From: Balanoglossus misakiensis
Taxonomy: Eukaryota > Animalia > Hemichordata
NCBI GenBank assembly: GCA_040954595.2
Contig: CM082576.2
Span: 20,507,028-20,571,027, forward strand
Direction: 5' to 3'
DNA: 64,000 nucleotides
In this document: piece by piece, positions 37,706-52,596 of the stretch
How the letters are laid out: each line of letters begins with the position of its first letter
How positions within the stretch are numbered: position 1 is the first letter of the stretch
Position numbers and translations under genes: made by a program
The notes under the pieces: generated by a model
What the model saw: only the letters and a program-made list of their open reading frames with translations
What the model was told of the DNA's origin: nothing
The model's database searches: none

Positions 37706-38823
37706 CATAGACCCTAGAGAAAGAAGGACGAGCAACTGCGGCAAAGATCAAAGGGTTTGGGGATTATCTGTATGATGATGTTCTTTTGCATATAATTAAC
37801 ACCCAGGACAGTTGGACAATGACTTCCTTACTTCGGCACGTGTCGACCCCACCAGTGATGCGAAAACTTGCCACCAAACTGACACTCCTGCATTTCAGCA
37901 GCCACTGCGTTTTTTTCTAAAATTCTAAAAGTATTACGATGTCTGTGCTAATTATTATGGTCGTCTGTCGGATGAACGGTCATTTCTAGTGCCACAAGCT
38001 TCATTTAAAAATTGTAAACAAATCATCCATGCCAAATTCCTGTTTAACTTGTGCAGATGTGTTCCATAAATGATTGCTGCGTTCAACCACGTTGCAGTTT
38101 TCTCGTCTTCTGCGAGATGTTCTAAGGTGTTTGTGATAACTTCACGCAAAACGCGAGACTTTGCGTTAGTTTATACACAGTTTATTTGCAAATTGGATTA
38201 TTGGGATTTACCTGGAAATAATGTATGCAAAAGAACATCATTTCAAGAAAAAACTGGAGTTGCGCGTCCTTCTTGCATGTCCGACTGGGCACTCATATTT
38301 CTTGGTAACGCTGACACTTTTCGTAATAATTTTATGTTTGCGTGAAGCATTGAAACAAAAATTGTGGTTTAGGGGCATTTTATTTCGCAGTGCGTGAACA
38401 ATAAAACAGATTTCACGAAAACAATTTATAAACAAACTGGCTGGATTTTCATGTGTGCGCTATTGCCGCCAGGCAACCCTCGGTACGGTTAGCTCACAGC
38501 CTTGTGAAATACCCGGACTGTTAGACAAAAGATGCTTGTTTTGGACGCTGTCAGACTCAGAGGTGCCAAATTCCTGTTTAACTTGTGCAGATGTGTTCCA
38601 TAAATGATTGCTGCGTTCAACCACGTTGCAGTTTTCTCGTCTTCTGCGAGATGTTCTAAGGTGTTTGTGATAACTTCACGCAAAACGCGAGACTTTGCGT
38701 TAGTTTATACACAGTTTATTTGCAAATTGGATTATTGGGATTTACCTGGAAATAATGTATGCAAAAGAACATCATTTCAAGAAAAAACTGGAGTTGCGCG
38801 TCCTTCTTTCTCTAGGGTCCATG
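37706..38823. mobile_element. TIR element with 7-bp TSD, unit 3 copy
   Basis: Same TIRs and TSD. Confidence 0.9.
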
Positions 38824-39076
38824 GTCAAACAAGTGAGTATATACTTTCAAGACACCCTGCAAACAAACAAGCAATCTTTATTCCGTAGATCTTTAAGCAT
38901 ATTTATGCATTGTATATTTTGATGTGAAACTTCAAATTTTATTGGTCTTGTTGCCAAACTTCTGAAGAAATGAGGATATTGTTTTGAAGGGTATTTTATC
39001 AGTAGATAACAAATACCATGGCCCTCCATGCAAATACCCACATGGTAAATTAAAACTGTTACAGGTGTATTTGATT

Positions 39077-39390
39077 TAAGCAATAAAACACCCCCAGCCA
39101 TGGTATACCACGAGATTTTGACCAGTTCACGACATATACGCACGAGCGATAGCGAGTGCGTATATGGAGTTGAACTGGTCAAAATCGAGTGGTATACCAT
39201 GGCTGGGGTTGTTTTATTGCTATTATATTATGCCAGTATATTGAAACTTTGCATAAAACATTTTAAAAAGGCATTTTCTTTGACTATGATATATGACTGT
39301 GGTATATGGCTAATATATCCTGGTCACGTGTCGTGTCTCGACCAATCAAATAGCGTGATTTACACCTTCAATATACTGGTATAATATAAT
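39077..39390 (+). mobile_element. Crypton-like palindromic element, unit 3 copy
   Basis: Matches 8956-9269. Confidence 0.8.
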
Positions 39391-42300
39391 TCCACATATG
39401 GATTACATGTGGGATAATATTGGGTGCTGGCAGTTTCAGTAAATGAACTGCTCTTAAAAGTTGGGTGTCAGGGCACCCTTGACTTCTTATTGTTCAGTTA
39501 TACATTTAGGAGGCTCAGTTATAGGAGAACCCGATAGAACCACAGCTGTAGGAATTAGGGAAATGGTCATACCCTAAAAAACTTATGTCACTACTATTTT
39601 TTTTTCATGCCATTGAAACAGAACAAACTCCATGTAGGCCAAGTCCATGCCTGAACAATGGGCGGTGTACTCAGCTGTCTTGTACAACTTATGAGTGTAC
39701 TTGTCCAGGATGTTTCACCGGCACACACTGCAGCCAGTGTAAAACTCATTAAAACAAACATTTGTCATGCAGGAACTAACATTTACAATCATGTCTCAAT
39801 ACATTGTCTGTTGGTCATACTTTATATTTTCATCTTCAGCATCACACCTTGGTCCTTGGGAATCGGTCACCTCAAAAATGATGTACAGCTGAAAGAAAAC
39901 ATGTTTATTTGAAGAAAAAACTGTTGATCGTTCATGAAAATTTTCCCTACACAAGATACATATACAGAGATTTTCATAGCCCCATAAGTGCGTCCCAGAA
40001 TGAGCAAGTTGTTTTTGGAAGTGAAGTTCCGTTCAGTATTTACAGTAATGGTAATGATGATGTTTTCATCAAACAGATTTTGAAAGTAAATATTGCTGAG
40101 ATAACATTAGGTTGCACTTTTTATTGCAGTCCAAGATCCAGGCCAGCGAAACAGCTGTCTCAACGGGGCTGTATGTAATGCAGTGGCCAACTCCTGCACG
40201 GCATATACCTGTGCCTGTACTGGTTGCTATGAGGGTAACCGTTGTGAAATATGTAAGTTTCTGACGTACCGTAAATGACAATCTTTTGGGCACTTTCTCT
40301 TCATGGCAATTGAATTGTGTGGTAACTTCTCATTTCTAAAATTTCCCCAAGAGAAAAGAAAGGAAAAGGAAACAGAAATTTCATTTGTATGTCCGTGCAA
40401 TTTAGGATAGGCACGAACTTGTGAGGAAGTGTACGAAGTTGGATGTTTTCATCACTCAAATATACAAGAGTTGCCTCTTGAAGACTAGTGTCTGTAGAGA
40501 TAATTGTGCATGTGAGGTAATCTCTCCTAAGGTGGTGCACACCTCTTAGTATTAAGTAAAAGAGACGTCCTTAATTATCCTTACTATTTGGCTTGAAAAA
40601 TCAATCTTACTAGGTGTTCTGATTAGAGAGGTGTCCATAAAGTCAGGTTTTACTGTATTACCCAAAATAGAGACATTGTCCCTTCATCATATACTTAATG
40701 CGTGTTCTGGGTATGGTTCCAGTATAATGCTTGTGTCAAAGGATTTTGTTGTGGTGCAGGAATCATCTTTGGTTGAGGTGTAGCCATCTGCATTTCATGT
40801 GTTTTAAACTATTTTTTTTTCTGATTGTCATTAACCCATGTGATCAGAATCCGTGTCAAAATGGAGGCTATTGTTCCAAAACACCAAATTCTTATACTGA
40901 CTACACCTGTTACTGCCAGTAGTGTTGGACTGGGGCCATCTGTGCCGTAGGTGTGTCGAATTACTGTTTTATGACACAGCGTGGTATATAAACCCTCATT
41001 TTTGGTATTCTCAATGTGATAGATGGACCCATACACCAATAAATGGGGTGGAAGCATTACTAAGTTTCATCCTTTCAAAATTTGCTGATGTAGGGTCAAA
41101 ATTGAGTGTGAGGTGCATGTTAAAAAGGAAAGCCTTCTGTATCATGTTGATGGCACATTTTTTTAATTTTTCAAGATTCTTACAGAAAAATCCTAGCAAT
41201 AGCATCATTATGTTATTTTAAATGTAAAGGTTTGAAACAAGGAATGAAGACATTGCTCACATATTTAAACGAAATGAACATCACAAGTACATGTACAAGT
41301 TTTTGACAAGCAGGTAATTGATACTTTCATTTTTGTTTTGGCAGCCATTGATCAGTTATACCCTATGCCTTGTCAAAATGGTGGCACATGCGTTGCGTGA
41401 GACGGCTGTTTCCTGTTTGACTGTATGTGTACCGAATGCTTCACTGGTGCCACATGTACAATGCGTAAGTACTAACCAATATTATTTTATTCAAAGCAAA
41501 ACACTTGTTATATATTATATAATATAAGTACGGTACACATATTAAAGCCCTGGTAACTCAAACTTTGGGCTAGCTTAATGTTATCACTATTTTTGTTTTC
41601 GGTTGCAACTGTGGTTTCTTGTCACACAGGATTTCACAGCATTTGGTTTTTCAAAACAGCCCTTTGGTTGTTGTCATGTATACATGTACATGACTGTTGA
41701 GTGTAGTTTGTAGATTCTGTAATTTTGACAATATCTTGACTGCACATCCCACAGCTGTCAACCAGTGTCAACCCATCCAGTGTCGGAATGGTGGAAACTG
41801 TGTGCTGACGCCCAATTGGTGTACTGAATTCACATGCTCCTGTACAAGCTGTTACTCCGGCGATTTATGTCAGACATGTGAGTGATTTTAAATTTCAGAT
41901 GAAGAGGAACATAATAACATAACACATAATCGGCTTGCAGTTGGTTTCTTCCAACCTGTATCAAACAGTGAATAACGACACAATTTTGGGGAAATTTATT
42001 AAGAATGTGTGTGCCATAAAAGGGGATTGTGTATTTGACCAAATAACAACCTGCACCGTATGGTACACTAAGACACTATTACACCTGTGTCAAAATTTCA
42101 TTACGTTTCTTTTGTTGAACATGGAAGAAATTTGTCACAGTGATGTTCTGTTGACCAACTGAGATTTTTACCACTCAACCCTGACTGCACAAATCTGTTT
42201 AAAGTATATGTAGTAAATATTAACTGTACACAATTTATATCACTTTCTCTTCTGTGCACAGATTTGAATCCGTGTCAGCCCAACCCTTGTCTAAACAGTG

Positions 42301-45300
42301 GATTCTGCCAGCAAGTGTCCTGCACCGAGTTCAGATGCCAGAGTCCACGCTGTTTCATCGGAACCACGTGCACTGAACGTAAGCAAACCAGTGTCAGATT
42401 TCCCGCACAAAGTAGAAATCGCTGGGCTTTGTCATTGATATTGTCTCAATAAAGTTGCCTGTGATTGTGCAGCTAACCAAGAGACTTATATGCACTACGG
42501 TAGCCATGATGAATACTTTCATTGACTCAAATGCTCATCAGTGTAGATGTTGCTATTTTTCCAACCGTAAATTGAAACATCAGAAAGTTATGACATCAAC
42601 TACCCCCACCCCCACCCCACCCACCCCCAACTAGTAAATATTATAAGATTCAGTAATTATGATAAAGATGGTAGCACCAAGCTTGGATCAAGTGGTCTTC
42701 ATTATCCTTCACACATGAACATGATCACACGGATGTGCAATCTTCTGACAGTCTGCTACAGATTTCACTTCCCACTCAAGTGTGTAAGACCCTAATGTGA
42801 TACTTTTCATTTCTCTCACCCTTAGCGATCAACCAGTGTCTTCTAAACCCATGTCTGAATAACGGAGTGTATCAGCCACTTCAAGGCTCCTGCTCAATCT
42901 ACACCTGCAACTGTCCAACCTGCTACACTGGGCAAACATGTGTTACATGTAAGTCACAAGTTTTTAGGTCCCATTGGTATGTACCATGGGAACTTATGGG
43001 ATTGGTTACGTCTGTATGTATGGATGGATGGATGGATGTATGTCTGTATGTCCGTCCACATGAAAAATTTGAAAACCGCAGCGCGTTTGACCTCGATATT
43101 TGGCGTGTAGATGCAGGCAGGGCTGTAGATGGGAGTTTGTTCAAATGAAGATGTCATTGCCAAAAATATGCAAATTAGCTGGGAAAATGTGAAATTGGTC
43201 AAAACTCAAAAACTGGACAACCACTGGTCATATTGATTTGAAAAATGGTATGCATGTACCTTATATCAACCTCATACAACCCTGTATGTTTTGAGCTAAT
43301 ATTATCGATTTCCTATTTTTTTTGCATTTTTTTTTATTTTTCCATGTTATTGGTAAAAGTCTTTGAAATTTAGTATGAAGCCTTCTAATGTTGTCTAAGT
43401 AACCATAGTTTTGTTCAAATTGTTGCAAAATTTGCATATCTATAATTTTGAGCATTATTTGCCATTTTTGGTCAAAAAATGTTTTTCTTTAAAACCTCAT
43501 GCCAGATTGCTTTGCAATTTGGTAGGCATGTTCGTAGGGGTAACCTAAATAATATGTTGTAAAAAATGTGATGTTTGCATAAATGTGTTATCGGGGAAAC
43601 TTTTGCAATTTTTGTCAAAAATTGTTTTCACTGAAACCGCTTGTCCTATTGCATTGAACTTAGGCAGCATGTTCCTTGTAGTGATTGAAGTAAGATATTG
43701 TACAATTTTGGTGATATTTTCATATTTGTGTTTTTGCCACTTTTGAACAAATATTTTCTGTGAAACTGCTTGTTGGATTGCTTTGAAATTAGTTTTTTCT
43801 CTGATTGCTTTGAAATTTAGGATATAATTTCATAACACATACCTGTATATGTGCAACTTTTATTCAATTCTGAGATCAGAAAGATTAAATATTTAGCGAG
43901 TTTTTTTGGTAAGTTTCTTTGTTTTTGGTTAGCAAATCTTCTCCTAAACAAATTGTCCAGTTGTTTTTAAAGTTACTATTTACAAGGAGTTGTTACCTCG
44001 AACAAAGACATGTTTACATAACTTAAATAGGCCAGCTGTTACAGAGACCACCAGCTATCACATTTTAATTACCAGTGGCAGGTCAGTGTGTGTCTGTTCC
44101 AGGGCTGACTGAAAGAAGTTGCTTCGCATATGTGTTTGTGTACAGACAATTTTTGGTCAATTTCTTTTTCTAGCACCACTTGTAAGACTGCCATGACACA
44201 TGACAGTTTATTGGGCATGTTCCTTGTTAATGTTTTTACATTGCATATTTCTATATGGTCAGATCATAAGTGCTTGCAAATGTCACCTGTAATTTTTATT
44301 CTGCTGTGTCACTGTTTCCGCATAATCCTCAAATGTCATCAGATCTCCGAATGTGATGAAAACAGTGTGTTTTGAGTGGGTTTTTTTAATGACCTTTTGG
44401 GTTAAAAGTGGCAAAAATGGCAATTTTGTCTTCAAAGGGGTCAATAAGACTGACTTTTTTGGAATCAGCACCATTTTTTACATTGAATGGACTAGTCTGC
44501 TCAAACTTTCCTTACCAAAAATTCTGTTTAATCTTCTGTAACATGTATACTAGTGTACATGTAGCTGCCTGATAGTTTGCCCTGTGTGTGTAATTGCTGA
44601 GTGACATAACGCATTCTGTGATTGATGCAGTCACGTAACCACCAATCGAACGATTGTTATAAGGAGAACTGCACGACCTTTAACCGCATTAGCATACCTG
44701 ATTTTTAGGGCTCGATATTACCTCTGAGGACGCAATATTTAAGTTGAAGTTTTTTTATTTTATCATATTAGAGCAAGAAGACTTGTCTTTTATGTAAAAG
44801 AAATAGACCCTAATATACAGAGTGCATTTTGAAACGATAGGCAGTTCCGGCCCATAGCCTAATTCTTCATTTTTCTGTCATGCGTAGGAATTGATTAGTG
44901 CTAACAACCCATGTCAAAATGGCAGCACTTGCCAACCCTAACCTCGTGTGTGGCATTGACGTGCACCTGCCAAGGATGCTTTACTGGGAGCGCTGTGAAA
45001 ATTGTCAGTCAGTTTCTTTTGTCAAATTAATCAATATGTGTGGGACTGCTATACATGTATATAAAACAGAATACTGCGATGGAAAATTCTATAACTTAAT
45101 GTTTCAGTGGATATATGACTTAAAGTTAGCAGTATGCAGTGAATTCAACAGAAAGTGTAATTTCCTCTTGTGTGAGCTCTGTGCGACTGTGCCAATGAAA
45201 ATCTCACCACAAACAAAAATGACAGGTATACACTGTATATTAGCAGCTTTGTCTCTGTAATAGCCATAGTGTTTTGAAGTTGAAAACTTGCAAAGTGTGC

Positions 45301-45514
45301 AGTTTTATTCACACTACAAAGGAAACATTGTTGAAACGGATTATCTGTGTACATTGTCAAACTGTACACTTGTCGCGAGATTTATTCTCAATTATATTAC
45401 TAGTATATCATGCTACCGTCTGCAACTCTGATTGGACGAGAGCTAAATCCAGCGATGCTAAAATACTCAATAATGCACTGCTGGCAGTGGTAAAACGGGC
45501 TTTCTGTTTGCCAC

Positions 45515-45827
45515 ATGGGTTTGTTCTTTAGGTTGTTGTATGTGTTTACACCCATCATGTTTATTGTAGAACCAGGGTCGATCAGTGAGGCAACTGCTGT
45601 TTGTTCTATCTGCACTGTTACTCGAGGCCTCCTGCCATTTGATTGTTGTACAGTGAAGCAGTATTCATCTCCCGAGCTGTCTTCCACTTTATGCACAGCT
45701 TTGACAGTTTTATCCTTGTCTACCCTATTTGCCTTGCCTTTTGAATGGTAGCATTTGGCTAAATGGTTAGGTTTGCCACACTTCCTGCATGACTTGCCTT
45801 TAGCTGGACATACTGAGTCATGTGGTA
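45515..45827 (-). mobile_element. Gypsy gag/protease fragment, unit 4 copy
   Basis: Same translation as 495-807. Confidence 0.85.
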
Positions 45828-47773
45828 CCATTATTAAAATAGGGGCCAGTCATCAAAACGTAAGTGAGCCAAAAAACTACAGGTCAGATAAATTGTTTTC
45901 TCGTAAATTCAACATTAGAATCAAATTTGGCGTTGGAAACAAACGGCGGGTCGCCAGTTCCTGGTCTGGAGGCTGGTAGAGTCACGTCTTGAAGACTGGC
46001 CCCTATTTTAATAATGGCATTGTCATGACCGGCCAACCTTTGACCTCGGAGACCACAATGTAGAGCTATCGATCAGCTTTTCGCGTTTCAATCAAACATT
46101 GCAATCACGGGCTAAAATCACTAACTAGTTGATACCTTTTTCGGTGTTTCATCTAACCTTTGAAAGGAGTATAATAAAAATGAAATGACCGCACGTAATG
46201 TGCATTTCTTGTTCACGTGTGGGGACTATATGTGTGCGTAATGATCCAAATGCAAGGGGTCGTGTGAACAGGCCTTAAATAATGAGTTTGCGTTAAATAA
46301 TGAGTTTGCGTTAAATAATAAGTTGACAAACGGCGCGAGTGCATTTTTTCATGGTTTAGAAATCACTTATTTATATATAATTCATTATATAATGTAAATC
46401 ACTCATGATATATATATAATAGACTTGCACTTAAATTATTTATAAATCACTCATGATATATATATAATACACTTAAATTTTTTTTATTTATAAATAATTA
46501 ATTATATATAAATAATTATGTACATCACTCATGATATATATATAATAGACTGACACTGACATTGTTTATAAATAATTTATTATATATAAATAAAAGAGCA
46601 TAAAATACATTTTATGTATATAATTGAATCGACTTGAAATTATTTATAAATAAATTGTCAGGACTTAAATGGTTTGCAAATCTATAATTACATACATATA
46701 AGTATGTTAAATAACGACTTTTGAACAAATAATTTAGCTAAATAATAAGTTAACACATGGCACCCCATACAAACATTACGTCCAGTCCAAATATTCTGCC
46801 AATTTTACATCCAATGCATTCAAATAGTGGACTGCTTCGCTTTCATCAAGTTTTCATGTGCATCGTATAAGTAGACTTTTGTTTTGTCCCGTCTTTTCAC
46901 CGAATTTGCTCTTTTCCAAATCTCCGACACAGACTATGATCGTCACATTCTTGTCTGTTGTTAGAACAGCACACTGCCATATGGCATTGACTGTATACAG
47001 TTTCTGTTACCAATATCTCCGGTTTGGCATTTTCCTGTCCTCAATCTTTTGCCAGGGATTTTTGTGTCCCCAACCCGCGTGAGAATCCCACGTCTTTGAA
47101 GGTATGACTGTGACTATAAGATTCTATAAATCTCTGTTTATTTTCAGCACAAACATCATGTGCTGATTGCCCAGCTGGTAACCAATGTCCAAATGGTAAC
47201 ACTGTGATTTTATGCTCGGCTGGTTATTACAGTTCGGCCTTGGACAAAGGATGTCTCGCTGTACCTCTTGCATAACAGGTAAACTTCTACCCACCAACCT
47301 TTATTTCCAACATCAAACATTAGGTCAGGTAATTTACTAACTGAAAAATAGGATGGGAACATTTTCCATTTCTGTATTTAAAATTTACTGATATAATATA
47401 TGAATGAAAAAATGACAATTTTTCCAAATTTGAATAGACCTCTATTTATGAAAATAATTAAAATTTGCGCCAATTTTTTACAGTGGTATTCAAAGGTTAA
47501 CTTGGTGTGTATATTCTTTGTTTGATTTACAGATCAGCCGGTGCTGAACAGTGTACTATTTGTGAGCAAGGGTACGCCTGCACAGATCCCAGTGCATCGC
47601 AATTCAAGTGTACCAAGGGTTACGTGTCATTGGCTGGTGCAACAAACTGTACCAGATGTACAAATGGTAAGATTGTGGTACTTGTTCAGTTTGCTGTGTG
47701 ATGAAACTGAGTGGTATGTGTGTATGCATGTATGTGTTTACAACAGATTTTCAAGTCAGTGCGACTGGGGTTA

Positions 47774-47805
<32 letters not shown>

Positions 47806-50800
47806 TACAACAGATTATCAACTCAGTGCGAAATCTTGCGAGACCCGGTTAGCCATGTGAGATCTCGCAGAGTCTTATGATATTCAGAAAATGGTTGATT
47901 AGAAATGACGTTTAATGTCCTCCAAAGAATTTTCTACATGCCCGTATACTTGTCTCAGAATTATGAAGTGAATCATCTCAAGTAATTTGTTATTTTAAAT
48001 GACACTGTATCACAAATACTTCAGATGAAATAAGTGAGGAGCCTGCACGCACATCCCGTCTTCTGTGCCCTGCTGGACAATCGTGTTCAGATCCAATGTA
48101 AGATCCGCTTGACTGTGGCAATGGTGAATATGCTATGGAAGGCGACGGCACATGCACGCCTTGTCCAGCAGGATCCAAGTGTCCAACCATGTCACCCGTA
48201 GTTGATTGTTCAACAGTTACTGGTAAGTTGGGCTGCAAATTACTCTTATGACTTCCCTGTGTTATAGCATGACATACACAGAAAATTAAACTGTTATGCT
48301 CATTGGAGTTGATATTGTGATGCACTTTGAAAAACACAATGATTCCACTGAAGAGGTATTGTACAGTAACACCTGTGATTACGGACATCTCTCTAATAAG
48401 GGATCGTTGGACCAAACCAATCGTTCTTTGAATTTTTTCTGTGATAGGTTCATACTCGCTAGGTTCGGCCAAGTCCTTCTGGTTATGAATGCACAACTAC
48501 AAATGTCACACAGTGCGCTACAGGGAAGTAAAGTGTTGAAGGAGGTAAGTCTTGAAATCTCTTTTCTTCTGGTCTCGATTTGAACATGGTTCCACAAGTT
48601 GTTTACATCACTTGTAGTTTTACATATTTTTTTAGTTCAACAGCTATGCTATACATGGTGTCCTGAGAAGTCGACCAGTATGAGAAGTCGGTATCGGCCA
48701 GTACGAGAAGTCGGCCTGTGGGAGAGAACCCTGGTACTTTGTGTTATATATAACTGTTTCACTACGAAATGTTTCCTTGATGTACAGGAGCTGAGATATT
48801 TGTACAAATAGCCGATGAATTTTAAAACTGTCTGTTCACTTTTCATGTACGTCACCGGGGTACGTCAACATCAGTCACCTGCACTTCTTGAGCTGCGCCA
48901 GTAGTCTGTTCCTTGTCACGTTTGTTTGTTTGTTTGTTTGGTGTTGTCTCAGAAAGTATGAATATACACATACATCTTCTATGTATTTTAGTAGGCTTTG
49001 AAACAACTCCCTTTAATCAGAAATGTCACAGGAATTTGGCGAACAACCTAAGCTCCTTACGCGGATACGGGGATGGGGAACTGGTACGGATGCCAGACGC
49101 CATTATTTGAAATGACGCCATTGTGTTGTCAAGAATTTGGGAAATCCGTCCAAATGAAAATATTTAGTGCAATTATATTTTATTAAGTGTTGTTATAAGT
49201 AATCTGGGTCATCACTGCACTATTCGGGTACAAGTTCAACAACTGGCTGACTCTTCGTACTGGCCGACTTCTGATACGTGCGTAGTGGCCGACTTCTAAT
49301 CTGGCCGACTTCTCATGTATTCCTATACATTAGTGAAAATTGGGGAAACTGGTGTTTTCAGACAACTTATGAAGTCCCTTTCGCAATATTAACTCTAAAA
49401 CAGCGGGTGATATTCCTTTTAAAATTTAACCAAATAAGCATACTTGAACTCTGTCATATCGGCAAAACACTCACTACACAAGCTGCTGTTATTCTACAGA
49501 CATGACATGTGCTGATTGCGGCGTAGGTAACTACTGTCCAGATGGGTCAGACAGCCCCATTCCTTGTCCATCAAGTTATTATGCTGACACAGCCACAGAA
49601 GTATCCTGTACCCCTTGCGATCCAGGCTGTCAGTGTGCAGCAACATCACCCACTTGCCTGCACATCAAGAACCTACTCTCTGGGACCATCAACAACATGT
49701 ACTCCCCTTCTACCAGGTTTGTAGTCGTCTTAGTCGTAAAAACATATTTAAGGTGTTGGGCACCTCGAAATAAAGGGTCGTCTGATCATGTTAAAATCAA
49801 TACTGATGATACTATGACTTCTAAACATTTAATCTATGGAATAAAAATTGGGGGTCAACCATCTAGAGTTTTGAAAAAGCGCCCTTTATCTAGCACCTCT
49901 TTCAGATTTTGCCAGGCTTGTAGATTTTTGTAAAATGGCCTCAAAAATAAGAATTTTGGAAGGTTTGTCATATTTTTTCACCATTGTAGAATCTAAATGT
50001 TCTGAATTATTTTATTTTTAGCAATTTTGAGATTGCTTCATGTTCAGTATGATAATCGCATGTCAATACAACTGTTACATTAAAGGAAAAGTTCAAATCC
50101 GCCTAAAACCACATTGCATTGGTACCTAGTTAAGTTGTCCTCACTTCTGACGCAAAATTTTGATGTGCAATGCACGTGTCTGTGAAATTGACGAATAAAA
50201 AAATTGTATACCAGTGCAAAATTAAAAACTCCCTGTGCAGCCTTCTTGGCAACTGCATGCTGGGAAAAGTACTCGGATGATGACGAAAAAGTTTCGGGGT
50301 TCCGGGTAGTGCTACCCCGGAATACAATGTTGGGTGCAGACTCCAACTATGGAAAAGAGATGCAGAATGTCATGTGATATAGTAGTGAAAACAAATACAC
50401 GTTGGTTCACGTATTTCAGCTCTCAGCAATCAGGGTGCATTAAAAGGCCTTGATTGGTGTGATATTCACAATTGATGATTATAAATACTTACAGTTGTAT
50501 ACTGTTTTATTTTGTAAATATTGTGTACATTTGCAGCAATGAATCCGTGCGAACACAAACCTTAACCCATGCCGGAATGCTGGTACTTGCCAAGCAATCC
50601 AGGGATCTTGTACAGGCGTCACATGTCTATGTGCTGGCTGCTACCTGGGCTTCACATGTGAAACACGTGAGTACAGTACTTTGTCATTTATTAAAAAATC
50701 TAAGTGCTGAGGTACATTGTAGTAATAATAGCAGGTGTAGTCATTATCATCATCATCATCATCTTTAAGTCAGTCATATGATCGGTAATAAAAACAGTAA

Positions 50801-51115
50801 AATCACCAGTATAAAAACATAACAGAGAAATAATGAACGTGTACTGGTGTTACCATAGGTAACTGTTGTATAAAATTTTGAATTCCTGTCTTCCAGTTCC
50901 TAATCCATGCTTCACTAGTCCTTGTCTCAATGGAGGTACCTGCCAACAACAGGCAAATTCTTGTACTGCCACCATTGGCATGTGCACAGAGTGTTACTAG
51001 GGAAACAGGTGTGAGACAAGTAAGTTTGAATCTATAGCAGTTAATAATGATAATTATCATTTTTTTTTATTATGATTTAAACTTCACTGATGTTGTACAA
51101 ACACAAAAATAGAAA

Positions 51116-51580
51116 TAATAATAATAATAATAATAATTTATTTGTATAGCGTCAGTATCCACAAAAAATGTGATCAATGACGCTTAAAGCAAAAGTACAA
51201 TACAACACAACAAATGGCTAAAAAACAGATTTAAAAAGTAAAGTTTTAACATTTGATTTAAAAACAGATAAGTCTGGTGCCTGGCGAATGGTGAGTGGAA
51301 GATTATTCCAAAGAATTGGAGCAGCAACAGTAAAAGCACGATCACCATAACTCTTGGTGCGTGATCGAACAGGGCAGAGTTTGAACTGATCAGCTGACCT
51401 CAAATTGCGACACGGAACATATAGATTAGTCATGCTAGAAAGATAGATTGGACCAAGTTTATGAATGGATTTAAAAATGAGAACTAACATCTTAAAAACA
51501 ATACGCTCTGTAACAGGTAGCCAGTGCAACTGATACAAAATTGGAGTGATGTGACAGGTGATTTTTGAACGAGTAACAAT
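51116..51580 (-). mobile_element. L2-type LINE 3' fragment, unit 4 copy
   Basis: Identical ORF 51218-51538. Confidence 0.9.
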
Positions 51581-52596
51581 TAGAAAGGGACAGCAGCTTA
51601 GCTCTATTCCTTTTCCAAAGTGTTTGTTCTTTTAAACTACCTGTTTTTTATTTATTCTGATTATGCTAATATGCTAATTTGTCGGTTTGTCACATCACAA
51701 TTTTTGTAGGAAACTCACCCCTGGGAATTTTTTTCAGCCACTGACATACATTCATAATCACATGACATTGATGATCATGGAAAATTTGACCCTTTTCCTT
51801 GTAGGACTCAACCAGTGTCCACCAAATCCGTGCCAGAATGGTGGCTTCTGTCAACCGGCTCGAAATTCCTGCTTTGATCTCACCTGCATATGTACTGGTT
51901 GCTACAAAGGTGATAGGTGTGAGATATGTAAGTATACAGCGCAGTCTCTTTTACCTTTTGTCTCTGATGCATTCAAATACTGCATGTTTCCTGAGCATAG
52001 GTGTAGCCCTCACCACAGCAGAGCTTGGAGCGTTCTTGACATCGAATGCAAGATTACACTCTTCCCAATCAAAATCACTTTCGTAGCGCATAATGTCTTG
52101 ATTGTCTTAGTTCAAGAAACATTATGCGCGACTGGCCAATTTTACAGCCTTTTGTCAACGCACATCCACTATGGAAATTCTCACTCCAGGCCAGATAGTG
52201 TAAATTTACATATGAGTCTACAGGTATGCTTGAAGTCAAGTCAAGCATTTGCAAGGAACCCTCCTCCAGTACACAGGTCTTTGATTTCATGAAGGGAAGC
52301 CCTTGCCTCACAGTCACTGCCACATGATCTATGGAGGTGTGAACAACTTGATACCAGCCTAATATAAGTTGTAGGCACAATCACTCCACACACCCTTGCC
52401 ATAATTCTGCAAGGTTTTTGCCATATCTGTACTGTAGAATGAGTAGCAAGGAATAAAATGGCGTCCTTTCTTAATTTCCAGTGCAAAACCCCTGTGATCC
52501 CAACCCATGTATGAATGGTGGATTTTGCCAGCAAACATCGTGCAATTTCTATTCATGCCAGTGTGTGAACTCTTACACAGGTGACATCTGTCAAAC

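Larger units (their letters stand above)
32250..45003 (+). pseudogene. GCC2/GCC3 + EGF-repeat pseudogene fragment, copy 3
   Basis: Same exons and shared lesions; E10 ends CTE instead of CAE. Confidence 0.88.
30123..45020 (+). repeat. Tandem macro-repeat unit 3 (14898 bp)
   Basis: Near-identical copy; private 5-bp deletion near 41627. Confidence 0.98.
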
